From: an uncultured Gemmatimonadota bacterium
GTDB lineage: Bacteria > Gemmatimonadota > Gemmatimonadetes > Palauibacterales > Palauibacteraceae
Direction of reading: 5' to 3'
Assembly: GCA_964509895.1 (NCBI GenBank)
Contig: CAZDZJ010000119.1
Coordinates: 817 to 64,816, forward strand
DNA: 64,000 nucleotides
In this document: one piece after another, positions 1 to 8,736 of the stretch
Layout: each line of letters starts with the position of its first letter
How positions within the stretch are numbered: the first letter of the stretch is position 1
Made by a program: the position numbers and the translations under genes
The notes under the pieces: model-generated
Database searches by the model: none
What the model was told of the DNA's origin: nothing
The model's input: the letters and a program-made list of their open reading frames with translations, nothing else

Positions 1-447
1 GCCACCGATGGCCGGGCCCATCATGATGCCGAGGCCCGAGGCGGCGCCGATCAGTCCGAGCCCCCGGGCCCGTTCCTCGCCTTCCGTGGAATCCGCGACG
101 TAGGCCTGCGCGATCCCGACTGTCCCTCCCGCGGCGCCCGCCGTCGCCCGCGAGAGCAGGAGGAGCCACAGGTTGTCGGCGAGCGCGAACAGGAGGTAGG
201 AGAGGGCCGACGCGAACAGTCCGATGAGGAGGAGGCGCCGGCGTCCCACGCGGTCGGAGAACCGCCCCCAGATCGGAGCGGCCAGGAGTTGCGTGACCGA
301 GAACGCCGCGATGATGACCGTCACCAGGACCGGCGTGGCGCCCAGATCCTGCGCGTAGAAGGGGAGGAGCGGGAGGACGATGCCGAAGCCCATCATGTCC
401 ACCATCACCGTCCCGAACAGGACGCCCAGACCGGAGCGTCTCAGCAT
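1..447 (-). CDS. MFS transporter, N-terminal portion (gene continues beyond window start)
   Basis: Minus-strand translation from the ATG at 445-447 reads MLRRSGLGVLFGTVMVDMMGFGIVLPLLPFYAQDLGATPVLVTVIIAAFSVTQLLAAPIWGRFSDRVGRRRLLLIGL... It has hydrophobic TM segments and an MFS motif-A-like GRFSDRVGRRR loop. It is absent from the ORF track because it runs off the window edge. Confidence 0.8.
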   Translation of the reverse strand, partial: MLRRSGLGVLFGTVMVDMMGFGIVLPLLPFYAQDLGATPVLVTVIIAAFSVTQLLAAPIWGRFSDRVGRRRLLLIGLFASALSYLLFALADNLWLLLLSRATAGAAGGTVGIAQAYVADSTEGEERARGLGLIGAASGLGIMMGPAIGG

Positions 448-720
448 GCGGGCCTCAACATGCGGGCAAGGCGTTCATCCCGTTCTTCAAGCCGGATTCC
501 TCTCCCCATCATCGCGAGAACACTCTGGTCACGACACTCCGCGGCGACGCCGCGTTGCGCCCCGGATCGGGCTCGCGCGCCGGATGAGAACCCGGCGCCA
601 ACTCACTGTACGGCGCGCGGGAGCCGGGATAGTTTCACCCTCCGCCGGAGGGCGGGGACAGCCCCCCGCCGCGGCCTCTCGCACGTCATCTTTCGAGCGG
701 TTCTCAAGAGGAAGGACTCC

Positions 721-1515
721 ATGGCTGACACACTGATTCGATATGCGGCCGAGGACGGCGTCGCGGTCTTCACGATCGACGACCCGCCGGCGAACACATA
801 CACGTACGAGATGATGCACGACCTGGACGACGCGATCCTGCGCGCGCGTTTCGACGAAGACGTACACGTCATCGTCATCCGGGGCGAGGGAGACAGGTTC
901 TTCTCCGCCGGGGCGAACATCAAGATGCTCCAGACCTCGGACCCCTACTTCAAGTACTTCTTCTGCCTCCACGCCAACGAAACGCTGACCCGGCTCGAAC
1001 ACACGCCGAAGCTCGTGATCGGCGCCCTCAACGGGCACACGGTCGGGGGCGGCCTCGAGATCGCGCTCGCCTGCGACATCCGGATCGCGCGGAAGGACGC
1101 GGGGAAGATCGGGCTCCCGGAGGTGAATCTCGGCGTCCTCCCGGGGACCGGCGGGACGCAGCGGCTCGGCCGCCTGCTCGGGAAGCCGAAGGCGATCGAA
1201 CTGATGGCGGAGGGGCGGACGTTCGGGTTCGAGGAGGCGCTCGATCTGGGGCTCGTGAACAAGGTGTTCGAGGGAGATGACGCCTCGTTCCACGCGCAGG
1301 TCATCGAGTACGCACGGCAGTTCACGCCGCCGCACAAGGCGTCGCGCGCGGTGGGCCGCATCAAGCGGTCGGTGTGCAGCGGGGTCGAGGTTCCCTTCTC
1401 CGAGGGACTCGCGATCGAGCGCGAGCTGCAGCAGCTCCTCTTCCAGGGCGACGACGCGCGCGAGGGTCTCGCGGCCTACGTCGAGCGGCGCGCGCCCGAG
1501 TTCGCGGGCCGCTAG
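721..1515 (+). CDS. enoyl-CoA hydratase/isomerase (crotonase) family protein
   Basis: Starts at the internal ATG 721 of ORF 289-1515; the upstream part is Arg-rich junk overlapping the MFS gene. Sequence begins [27 protein letters not shown]. Crotonase segments present: [45 protein letters not shown]. Confidence 0.9.
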   Translation: MADTLIRYAAEDGVAVFTIDDPPANTYTYEMMHDLDDAILRARFDEDVHVIVIRGEGDRFFSAGANIKMLQTSDPYFKYFFCLHANETLTRLEHTPKLVIGALNGHTVGGGLEIALACDIRIARKDAGKIGLPEVNLGVLPGTGGTQRLGRLLGKPKAIELMAEGRTFGFEEALDLGLVNKVFEGDDASFHAQVIEYARQFTPPHKASRAVGRIKRSVCSGVEVPFSEGLAIERELQQLLFQGDDAREGLAAYVERRAPEFAGR

Positions 1516-1559
1516 GAAGCGCGGATCGGGCCGGTGTGGCGAGCACGGGGAGCAGCCGG

Positions 1560-2780
1560 ATGAGCGGCGCGGATCGCACCCCGGTCATCATCGACGCCGT
1601 GCGCACGCCGGTGGGGCGCGCCGGCGGTGCGCTCTCGTCGATCCGGGCCGACGACCTCCTGGCCCATGCCATCCGCGCGCTCGTGGAGCGGACCGGGGTG
1701 CCGCCCGGCCGTATCGAGGACGTCATCGCCGGGTGCACGAACCAGGCCGGCGAGGACAACCGCAACGTGGCGCGGATGGCCGCGCTCCTGGCCGGACTCC
1801 CCGTCCAGGTGGCCGGCCAGACCGTGAACCGGCTCTGCGGCTCGGGGCTGCAGGCCGTCGTCACCGCGGCGCATGCGATCCGGGCCGGCGAAGGCGACGT
1901 GTTCATCGCCGGCGGCGTCGAGAGCATGTCGCGCGCGCCGTGGGTCATGCTCAAGACCGACCGGGCCTTCTCGCGCGTCCCGCCGAAGATCGCGGACACG
2001 ACCGTCGGGTGGCGCTTCGCGAACCCCTCCATGCCCGAACCGTGGACGATCCCGCTCGCCGAGACCGCGGAGGTGGTGGCCGAGGACCACGGCGTCGGCC
2101 GCGACGAGCAGGATGCCTTCGCCGTGGAGAGCCAGCGCCGCGCCGCCGCCGCGATCGAAGCGGGGCGCTTCGCCGAGGAGATCGTTCCCTTCGACGTCCC
2201 GCAGCGAAAGGGCGATCCCGTGCGTGTCGGGGACGATGAGCACCCCCGGCCGGGCACGACCGCCGAGCAGCTCGCGCGCCTGCGCGCGGCCTTTCGGGCC
2301 GATGGCACCGTGACCGCGGGCAACGCCTCCGGCATCAACGACGGGGCGGCCGCGGTCCTCATCGCGAGCCGGGCGGCCGCCGACGAACTGGGTCTCGAGC
2401 CGCTGGCCAGCGTGGGCGCCTCCGCGGTCGCCGGGGTGGAGCCGCAGCGCATGGGCATCGGACCCGTGCCCGCCACGCGAAAAGCCCTTGATCGCGCGGG
2501 ACTTGCGGTCGACGACCTCGACCTGGTCGAGCTGAACGAGGCGTTCGCCGCCCAGGCCCTCCCCTGCATCGCCGAACTGGGCCTCGATCCCGAGAGAGTG
2601 AACGTGAACGGGGGCGCGATCGCGCTCGGGCACCCGCTCGGCTGCACCGGCGCCAAGCTCCTCACGACGCTGGTCCACGAGATGCGGCGGCGCGACGCCG
2701 CCAACGGCCTCGTGACGATGTGCATCGGCGTCGGCCAGGGGATCGCCCTTCTCGTGCATCGCGACACGGAGGCGTCTTGA
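1560..2780 (+). CDS. acetyl-CoA C-acyltransferase (thiolase)
   Basis: Starts at ATG 1560 inside ORF 1374-2780. Sequence begins [23 protein letters not shown]. Active-site Cys context [19 protein letters not shown], and the C-terminal thiolase signature [17 protein letters not shown]. Confidence 0.92.
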   Translation: MSGADRTPVIIDAVRTPVGRAGGALSSIRADDLLAHAIRALVERTGVPPGRIEDVIAGCTNQAGEDNRNVARMAALLAGLPVQVAGQTVNRLCGSGLQAVVTAAHAIRAGEGDVFIAGGVESMSRAPWVMLKTDRAFSRVPPKIADTTVGWRFANPSMPEPWTIPLAETAEVVAEDHGVGRDEQDAFAVESQRRAAAAIEAGRFAEEIVPFDVPQRKGDPVRVGDDEHPRPGTTAEQLARLRAAFRADGTVTAGNASGINDGAAAVLIASRAAADELGLEPLASVGASAVAGVEPQRMGIGPVPATRKALDRAGLAVDDLDLVELNEAFAAQALPCIAELGLDPERVNVNGGAIALGHPLGCTGAKLLTTLVHEMRRRDAANGLVTMCIGVGQGIALLVHRDTEAS

Positions 2781-3604
2781 GCGTCCCGCATGTCGTGCTG
2801 GAGGTCTCCGACCGGGTGGGAACGCTCACCCTCAACCGGCCGGAGAAACTCAACGCCTTCATCGGCGAGATGCGGACCGAGATCGCCGAGGGGATCGAGA
2901 CGCTCGCCGCCGATCAGGACGTGCGCGCGGTCATCATCACGGGTGCCGGGCGCGCCTTCTGCGCGGGCGCCGACGTCGGCTACCTCACGCATCTCATCGA
3001 GACGCAGGCCATCGACGAGGCCACCGCCCTGGTCGAGGCGGGGCGCCGGGTCGCGGGGGCCATCCGCAGGATGCCCAAGCCGGTGATCGCCGCGGTGAAC
3101 GGTCCGGCGGCGGGCGGCGGGGCGAACCTCGCCCTCTCGTGCGACCTGCGTCTCGCCTCCGAGACGGCGTCCATCGGACAGACGTTCAACCGGATCGGGC
3201 TTCATCCGGACTGGGGGGGCAGCTACGCCGTGCCTCGCCTCGTGGGTCCCGCGCGGGCCGCGGAACTCTTCTTCTTCGCGGAGATGATCCCGGCCGCCGA
3301 GTGCGAGCGCATCGGCCTCGTGAACCGGGTCGTTCCCGCCGCCGAACTCATGCCGCTCGCCCGCGAGTGGGCGCTCGAGCTGGCGCGCAAGCCCGTCCTT
3401 CCGCTCCGGCTGGCGAAGGCGGCGGTGCAGCGCTCCCTCTCCTCCAGCTTCGAGGAGATGCTCGACTACGAGATCGCCGCGCAGAAGGCCTGTTTCGAGT
3501 CGGCCGACGCGATCGAGGGAGTCCGGGCGTTCGTGGAGAAGCGGCCTCCGAGCTTCGGAGGCTCCGAGCAGCGATCGCAGACGGAGGTTGGAAAGCGTGT
3601 CTGA
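2777..3604 (+). CDS. enoyl-CoA hydratase/isomerase family protein
   Basis: TTG 2777 overlaps the thiolase stop (TTGA). Motifs: [52 protein letters not shown]. The exact start is uncertain. Confidence 0.85.
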   Translation: MSVPHVVLEVSDRVGTLTLNRPEKLNAFIGEMRTEIAEGIETLAADQDVRAVIITGAGRAFCAGADVGYLTHLIETQAIDEATALVEAGRRVAGAIRRMPKPVIAAVNGPAAGGGANLALSCDLRLASETASIGQTFNRIGLHPDWGGSYAVPRLVGPARAAELFFFAEMIPAAECERIGLVNRVVPAAELMPLAREWALELARKPVLPLRLAKAAVQRSLSSSFEEMLDYEIAAQKACFESADAIEGVRAFVEKRPPSFGGSEQRSQTEVGKRV

Positions 3605-4115
3605 GGGAGTCTCGGTTCGCCCGGCCCGGGTCGAAGACATCGACGAACTCGTCGCCATGTGGACCCGGTACATGAGGATCCACGCCCACAATCCCGCTTA
3701 CCGGCGGCTTCGGACGGACGCGATCGAAACGCGCGCCGGCATGTTCCGACGCCATATCGAGGAGGCCACGAGCGTCGTCTTCGTGCTGGAGGCGGAAGAT
3801 GGCGGCCTCGACGGCATGCTGGTCTGCTTCGTGGAGGAGAACGAGCCGCTCTTCGACCCGCCTCGCTACGTCCGCATTCAGACGCCTTTCGTTCGGCGCG
3901 AGGCGCGGCGGCGCGGGCACCTTCGGCGCCTGCTGGGCGCCGCCTTCGAGTGGGCGTCGGACTGGGACATCCATGAGGTGCGCCTCTTCACCGGTGCGGA
4001 CAACCTCATCGCCAACGCGCTGGCCGACGATCTGGGTTTCGAGGCGGTCGAGGTCGTGCGCCGCTATTCGCTCCGCCCCGAACCGGAAATGAACCCGGAG
4101 GATTGGCTCGAATGA
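3597..4115 (+). CDS. GNAT family N-acetyltransferase
   Basis: GTG 3597 lies 8 nt after GGAGG (3584-3588); TTG 3588 is an alternative. It overlaps the upstream stop. N-terminus VRPARVEDIDELVAMW, and an acetyl-CoA-binding-like segment RREARRRGHLRRLLGAAFEWA typical of the GNAT fold. Confidence 0.75.
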   Translation: MSEGVSVRPARVEDIDELVAMWTRYMRIHAHNPAYRRLRTDAIETRAGMFRRHIEEATSVVFVLEAEDGGLDGMLVCFVEENEPLFDPPRYVRIQTPFVRREARRRGHLRRLLGAAFEWASDWDIHEVRLFTGADNLIANALADDLGFEAVEVVRRYSLRPEPEMNPEDWLE

Positions 4116-4969
4116 GCGATCGCCCTTCCCTCGCGGTGCTCGGGGCCGGGACCATGGGTCACGGCATCGCCCAGGTCGCGGCGATGTCCGGCTACGAGAC
4201 CCGTCTCTTCGACATCATGCCCGAGGCGCTGGAGGCGGCCCGCGAGCGGATCGAGGCCAACCTCCGCAAGGGGATCCAGCGCGGGAAGGTGTCGTCCGGG
4301 GAGCGGGAGCGCACGCTCGCCGGGCTGACTTTCACCCGCTATCTGAGCGAAGCCGCCGACGGGGTCGGGATCGCGATCGAAGCCGTGCCGGAGAACCTGG
4401 ACCTCAAGCAGAAGGTCCTGTCGGCATGCGCCGAGGCGGCAGCGGACGACGCGGTGCTCGCCACGAACACGTCCGCCCTTTCCATCACCGCGATCGCAGA
4501 GCGCCTCCCGTCGCCGGAACGCGTGATCGGGATGCACTTCTTCAACCCCGTTCACATCATGGCGCTCGTCGAGGTCGTGCGCGGGGCGGAGACATCGGAC
4601 GACACCGTGGCGCGGGCCCGCGAGGCGGTCGAACGACTCGGGAAGACGCCGATCGTCATCGCGGACTCGCCCGGATTCGCCTCCTCGCGGCTGGGACTCG
4701 CGCTCGGGCTCGAGGCGATCCGGATGGTCGAGGAAGGCGTGGCAAGTCCCGAGGACATCGACACCGCGATGATGCTGGGCTACCGGCACCCCATGGGACC
4801 GCTGAAGCTCGGTGACCTCGTCGGACTCGACGTTCGGCTGGACATCGCCCGCTACCTGCACGAGGCGCTGGAGTCGCCCGTGTTCGAGCCGCCGGCCCTG
4901 CTCGAACGCATGGTTGCGGCGGGCCGCCTCGGCCGGAAGAGCGGCCGCGGCTTCTACCGCTGGGACTGA
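4112..4969 (+). CDS. 3-hydroxyacyl/3-hydroxybutyryl-CoA dehydrogenase
   Basis: ATG 4112 overlaps the GNAT stop (ATGA). Rossmann motif LAVLGAGTMGHGIAQVAA, plus FFNPVHIMALVEV and PGFASSRL. Confidence 0.92.
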   Translation: MSDRPSLAVLGAGTMGHGIAQVAAMSGYETRLFDIMPEALEAARERIEANLRKGIQRGKVSSGERERTLAGLTFTRYLSEAADGVGIAIEAVPENLDLKQKVLSACAEAAADDAVLATNTSALSITAIAERLPSPERVIGMHFFNPVHIMALVEVVRGAETSDDTVARAREAVERLGKTPIVIADSPGFASSRLGLALGLEAIRMVEEGVASPEDIDTAMMLGYRHPMGPLKLGDLVGLDVRLDIARYLHEALESPVFEPPALLERMVAAGRLGRKSGRGFYRWD

Positions 4970-5011
4970 TATTCTTAGCTGGGACTGAGAAACCGGAATC
5001 AGGAGAACCTC

Positions 5012-6367
5012 GTGAGCAACGTACGGACCGCCCCGCCGACGCCCTCCACGGACGTCCCCGATGCCGCCGCAGCCGCCGAACCCCGAAGCCGGGCCCTGAC
5101 GGCCGCGCACACCGACTACCTCTACCCCTGGGTCCGTCCCTACTACGGCAACCCGCTGGCGCTCGCCGAGGGGGATGGCGTCTGGCTCCGGGACGTGGAT
5201 GGCGACGAGTACCTGGATCTGTTCGCGGGCATCCTCACGACCTCGGTGGGCCACTGCAATCCGGTGGTCGTCGAGGCGGCGCGCGCGCAGATGGAGCGGC
5301 TGGGACACACCTCGGCGCTCTACGTGACGGAAGGCCAGATCGAGGCCGCCCGCTCGCTGGCGGAGATCACGCCGGGAGCCCTCCGGACGACCTGCTTCAC
5401 GAACAGCGGCACGGAGGCCGTGGAGTCGGCGATCGCGACCGCGCGCCTCTACACGGGCCGACACGAGATCGTCGCGCTGCGGCTCTCCTACTCGGGACGG
5501 AGCACGCTCACCAGCCACATGACGGCGCAGGGCGCCTGGCGTCTCCCCGGGGGAGGCGTCGACGGCGTCGTCCACACCCGGTCGCCGTATCCCTACCGGT
5601 CGCCCGTCGGCGCCGGGCCCGAGGCGACGGACTTCTTCATCGACGACCTCGTGGAAGTGATCGAAACGACGACCGGCGGCAAGCCGGCCGCCTTCTTCGC
5701 CGAGACGATCCAGGGCGTGGCGGGCGTCATCGTACCGCCTCCGGACTACTTCCGGCGCGCGGCCGACGTGATTCGGAGCTACGGCGGCCTCTTCATCATC
5801 GACGAGGTCCAGGCCGGGTTCGGAAGGACCGGGAACCACTGGTTCGGGATTGAACACTGGGGGGTCGAGCCGGACATCATGGTGATGGCGAAGGGGATCG
5901 CGAACGGGTTCCCGGTCGGGGCGACGGTCACGCGGCCCGAGATCGCCGAGGCCTGGCAGGGACCGTCCATTTCCACTTACGGGGGCAACTCGATTTCGAT
6001 GGCGGCGATGTGCGCGACGCTCGGCGTGATGAAGAGCGAGGACGTGCCGGCCCGCTCCGCCGAGCGGGGGGCGCAACTCCGCGCCGGGCTGGAGGCGCTG
6101 AAGAGCGCGTACGACTGGATCGGCGAGGTGCGCGGGATGGGACTCATGCAGGGAATCGAGATGGTCGGGGACCGCGCCGGGAAGGCGCCCGACGGCGGGC
6201 GGGCCGGGGCGCTGCTCGAGGCGGCGCGCGAGGAGCGCCTGCTCATCGGACGCGGCGGATCGAAGGGGCACGTGATCCGGATCGGTCCGTCGCTCCTCAT
6301 CACGGAAGGCGAGATGGAGGAGGGCATCCGCCGGCTCGGAGCCGCCTGCCGGCGGATCGACGGCTGA
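5012..6367 (+). CDS. class-III (AGXT2/beta-alanine-pyruvate-like) PLP aminotransferase
   Basis: GTG start at 5012. Motifs: FTNSGTEAVESAI, IIDEVQAGFGRTGNHWF, and MVMAKGIANGFP (PLP lysine). Confidence 0.9.
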   Translation: MSNVRTAPPTPSTDVPDAAAAAEPRSRALTAAHTDYLYPWVRPYYGNPLALAEGDGVWLRDVDGDEYLDLFAGILTTSVGHCNPVVVEAARAQMERLGHTSALYVTEGQIEAARSLAEITPGALRTTCFTNSGTEAVESAIATARLYTGRHEIVALRLSYSGRSTLTSHMTAQGAWRLPGGGVDGVVHTRSPYPYRSPVGAGPEATDFFIDDLVEVIETTTGGKPAAFFAETIQGVAGVIVPPPDYFRRAADVIRSYGGLFIIDEVQAGFGRTGNHWFGIEHWGVEPDIMVMAKGIANGFPVGATVTRPEIAEAWQGPSISTYGGNSISMAAMCATLGVMKSEDVPARSAERGAQLRAGLEALKSAYDWIGEVRGMGLMQGIEMVGDRAGKAPDGGRAGALLEAAREERLLIGRGGSKGHVIRIGPSLLITEGEMEEGIRRLGAACRRIDG

Positions 6368-6407
6368 CGGCACGCGTCCGCAGAGTTTGCCGGGAGAAAG
6401 CGACGCC

Positions 6408-7340
6408 GTGAACCGGCGGCTGGCCGGGCGCGTGGCGATAGTGACGGGCGCCGGCCGCGGGATCGGCCGGGCCCACGCGCTCGCGCTGGCGGCCGGCGGG
6501 GCGAGCGTCGTCGTCAACGACCTCGGCACGGGCGTCGGCGGCGAGGGTGCCGACAGCGGCCCGGCGCAATCCGTCTGCGCCGAGATCCGGGCCGGCGGCG
6601 GCCGAGCCGTGGCCAGCCGTCACGACGTCTCCGACTGGACCGCCGCCCGCGACCTCGTCGCCCTTGCGGTCGATGCCTTCGGGGGTCTCGACATCCTGGT
6701 CAACAACGCCGGCATCCTCCGCGACCGTGCCCTCTTCAACATGTCCGAAGACGAGTGGGACGCGGTCGTGGCCGTCCACCTCAAGGGCCACGCGGCGCCC
6801 AGCCGGCACGCGCTGGCGTGGTGGCGCGCCGAGGCCAAGGCGGGCCGCCCGCGCGCGGCCTCCGTCATTCACACCACGTCCTCTTCCGGATTGTGCGGCA
6901 ACTTCGGACAGGCGAACTACGGGGCCGCGAAGATGGGCGTCATCGGTCTCTCGAAGGTCCTTTCCATCGAGGGCGCCCCGTACGGCGTCCGCTCGAACGT
7001 GATCTCGCCCTCCGCGCGCACGCGCATGGTGGCCGGCATGACGGGAGCCGAACAACTCGGCGAGCCGGACGAGACCGGGTACGACCCGTTCGGACCCGAG
7101 CACATCGCCGTCGTGGCGGCGTGGCTGGCCGAGGCCGACTGCCCGGCGAGGAACCAGGTGTTCCACGTGTCCGGGCGGCGGGTGCGCGTCCTTGAAGTCC
7201 CGGGCATCGCCTTCGAGGCCACGTCGGAGCGCGACTTCACCCCGGCCGCGCTCGGCGGCGCGATTGGCGAGCGGCTCGTTGTTCCGTTGGACGCCTTCGA
7301 TCTGATCCTGGGCCGAAATCGGCCCGCAGCGGCGGGTTAG
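6408..7340 (+). CDS. SDR family oxidoreductase (MFE-2-type hydroxyacyl-CoA dehydrogenase-like)
   Basis: GTG 6408 with GGAG about 11 nt upstream; TTG 6387 is the ORF-track alternative. Motifs: VAIVTGAGRGIGRAHAL, NNAGI, and YGAAK (YxxxK). Confidence 0.85.
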   Translation: MNRRLAGRVAIVTGAGRGIGRAHALALAAGGASVVVNDLGTGVGGEGADSGPAQSVCAEIRAGGGRAVASRHDVSDWTAARDLVALAVDAFGGLDILVNNAGILRDRALFNMSEDEWDAVVAVHLKGHAAPSRHALAWWRAEAKAGRPRAASVIHTTSSSGLCGNFGQANYGAAKMGVIGLSKVLSIEGAPYGVRSNVISPSARTRMVAGMTGAEQLGEPDETGYDPFGPEHIAVVAAWLAEADCPARNQVFHVSGRRVRVLEVPGIAFEATSERDFTPAALGGAIGERLVVPLDAFDLILGRNRPAAAG

Positions 7341-7397
7341 TTGCACTCCGCGGGAAGCCGGCAGGCGGTCAACCGTGAGGGGCACCGGCGGCGACGC

Positions 7398-7425
7398 TTG
7401 ACGATTCCGGCCACGGCGATAGAGT
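7398..7425 (+). promoter_or_regulatory. putative sigma70-like promoter for the ACP/hydrolase pair
   Basis: TTGACG (7398-7403), a 16-nt spacer, then TAGAGT (7420-7425), in the 165-bp gap after the SDR gene and about 80 nt upstream of ATG 7506. Pattern match only. Confidence 0.35.
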
Positions 7426-7505
7426 ATCGGGCGCGGCACCGAGCGATCGCGCCGCACATCATCGCAGGCGTACCCGTTTCCTACTCTTTGTGAAAGGCAG
7501 CACCG

Positions 7506-7724
7506 ATGGCCGCTGAAGCTCGCCTCCGAGAACTCGTCGCCGAGCATCTGGACCTGGGTCGTGAACCGCAGTGGGACGGCGGGATCGCGGATTCAGGCAT
7601 CTCCTCGCTCGACGCCGTCGCCTTCAAGAAGGTCGTCGAGCAGGAATTCGGCGTCTCAATCCCCCCGGAGTGCTTTGACACGCTGCGCAAGCTGGCCGCG
7701 TACATCGACTCCCAGGCCGGCTGA
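7506..7724 (+). CDS. discrete acyl/peptidyl carrier protein
   Basis: 72 aa. The helix-II phosphopantetheine-site context IADSGISSLDAVAFKKVVEQEFGVSIP matches the carrier-protein pattern (G-x-D/S-S-L-D-x-V). Confidence 0.8.
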   Translation: MAAEARLRELVAEHLDLGREPQWDGGIADSGISSLDAVAFKKVVEQEFGVSIPPECFDTLRKLAAYIDSQAG

Positions 7725-7787
7725 ACGCACCTCACCGGCACTTGACCGCGCCCTCCCGGGCCGACCGGTTCGGGGGGGCGGGGTGAC

Positions 7788-8702
7788 ATGAGTTCCGGCA
7801 CCGTTTGGAGGTTACCGGAACCGCATTCCGTAGATGACGTCCGGCACGACGACGGCAGCGTCACCAGATTGCGACGACACGGGAACCCCCGGGGTCTCCG
7901 ACTGCTCGTGGGCCACGGCAACGGTCTCGCGGTCGACCTCTACTACCCGTTCTGGTCGCGGCTCCTGGACGACTTCGATGTATTCGTCTACGACCTGAGG
8001 AACCACGGGTGGAACGCCATCGGCCCGCGCAGCGGGCACAACGTCCCCAACCTGATCCAGGACCAGGAACAGGTCGTCGAGGCTCTGGCCGCGCGTTACG
8101 GCCGGGCGCCCACGATCGGGGTCTTCCACTCCCTGTCGGCGCTTACGGCACTCCTCTCCGATTCGCTCGGCACCGGCCGCACTGGCGATCTGTCGGCCTG
8201 GATCCTCTTCGATCCGCCGCTCTACAAGCCGAGGCTGGGCGAGGCCGAGTTCGACAAGTCCGCCGACAGGTCCGCGGAACTCGCGCGGCGCCGCACGGAT
8301 CGGTTCGGCAAGGAGGCCGAGTTCTCGGAACTCCTCCATCACCTGGTGCTGACGCGGGCCGTGCCCGGTGCCGCGGACCTGATGGCCAGCACCGTCCTGC
8401 GGAAGTCGGCGGACGGTGAGAGCGTCGAGCTTCGGTGCCCCCGCGAATACGAGGCTCAGATCTTCTCGTACGCGCGCACCTACGCCTTCCTCGTGGATCT
8501 CGGAGATCTGCCGTGCCCGACCAAGGTCATCGGATCGGATCCCACGATGACGTTCGCATACATGCCGAGCTTCAACCTCAGTCACATCAACACGGTCGAC
8601 TACGACTTCATCCCGGAATCCACGCACTTCCTCCAGGTGGAGCATCCGAGGGAGTGCGCCGACCTGATGCGCGCCTTCCTCGAGGAACACGGCCTCCTGT
8701 AG
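7788..8702 (+). CDS. alpha/beta hydrolase
   Basis: Oxyanion HG motif LLVGHGNG, nucleophile elbow variant GVFHSLSA, and C-terminal catalytic His context PESTHFLQVEHP. Convergent with the permease gene. Confidence 0.75.
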   Translation: MSSGTVWRLPEPHSVDDVRHDDGSVTRLRRHGNPRGLRLLVGHGNGLAVDLYYPFWSRLLDDFDVFVYDLRNHGWNAIGPRSGHNVPNLIQDQEQVVEALAARYGRAPTIGVFHSLSALTALLSDSLGTGRTGDLSAWILFDPPLYKPRLGEAEFDKSADRSAELARRRTDRFGKEAEFSELLHHLVLTRAVPGAADLMASTVLRKSADGESVELRCPREYEAQIFSYARTYAFLVDLGDLPCPTKVIGSDPTMTFAYMPSFNLSHINTVDYDFIPESTHFLQVEHPRECADLMRAFLEEHGLL

Positions 8703-8736
8703 CCAGGCCTCCCGTCGCCGGGCCACGCGCCGCCCT

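Noticed and set aside
289-720. N-terminal 144 codons of ORF 289-1515.
   Set aside because: This region is Arg-rich junk that overlaps the divergent MFS gene. The crotonase homology begins at ATG 721.
721-8702. The idea that the two crotonases, the thiolase-fold enzyme and the ACP form an HMG-type beta-branching cassette for the PKS.
   Set aside because: The thiolase is a canonical degradative/biosynthetic thiolase ([15 protein letters not shown]) and not an HMG-CoA-synthase homologue. There is no decarboxylating KS(S). A 3-hydroxyacyl-CoA dehydrogenase sits in the middle. It fits a beta-oxidation-type set better.
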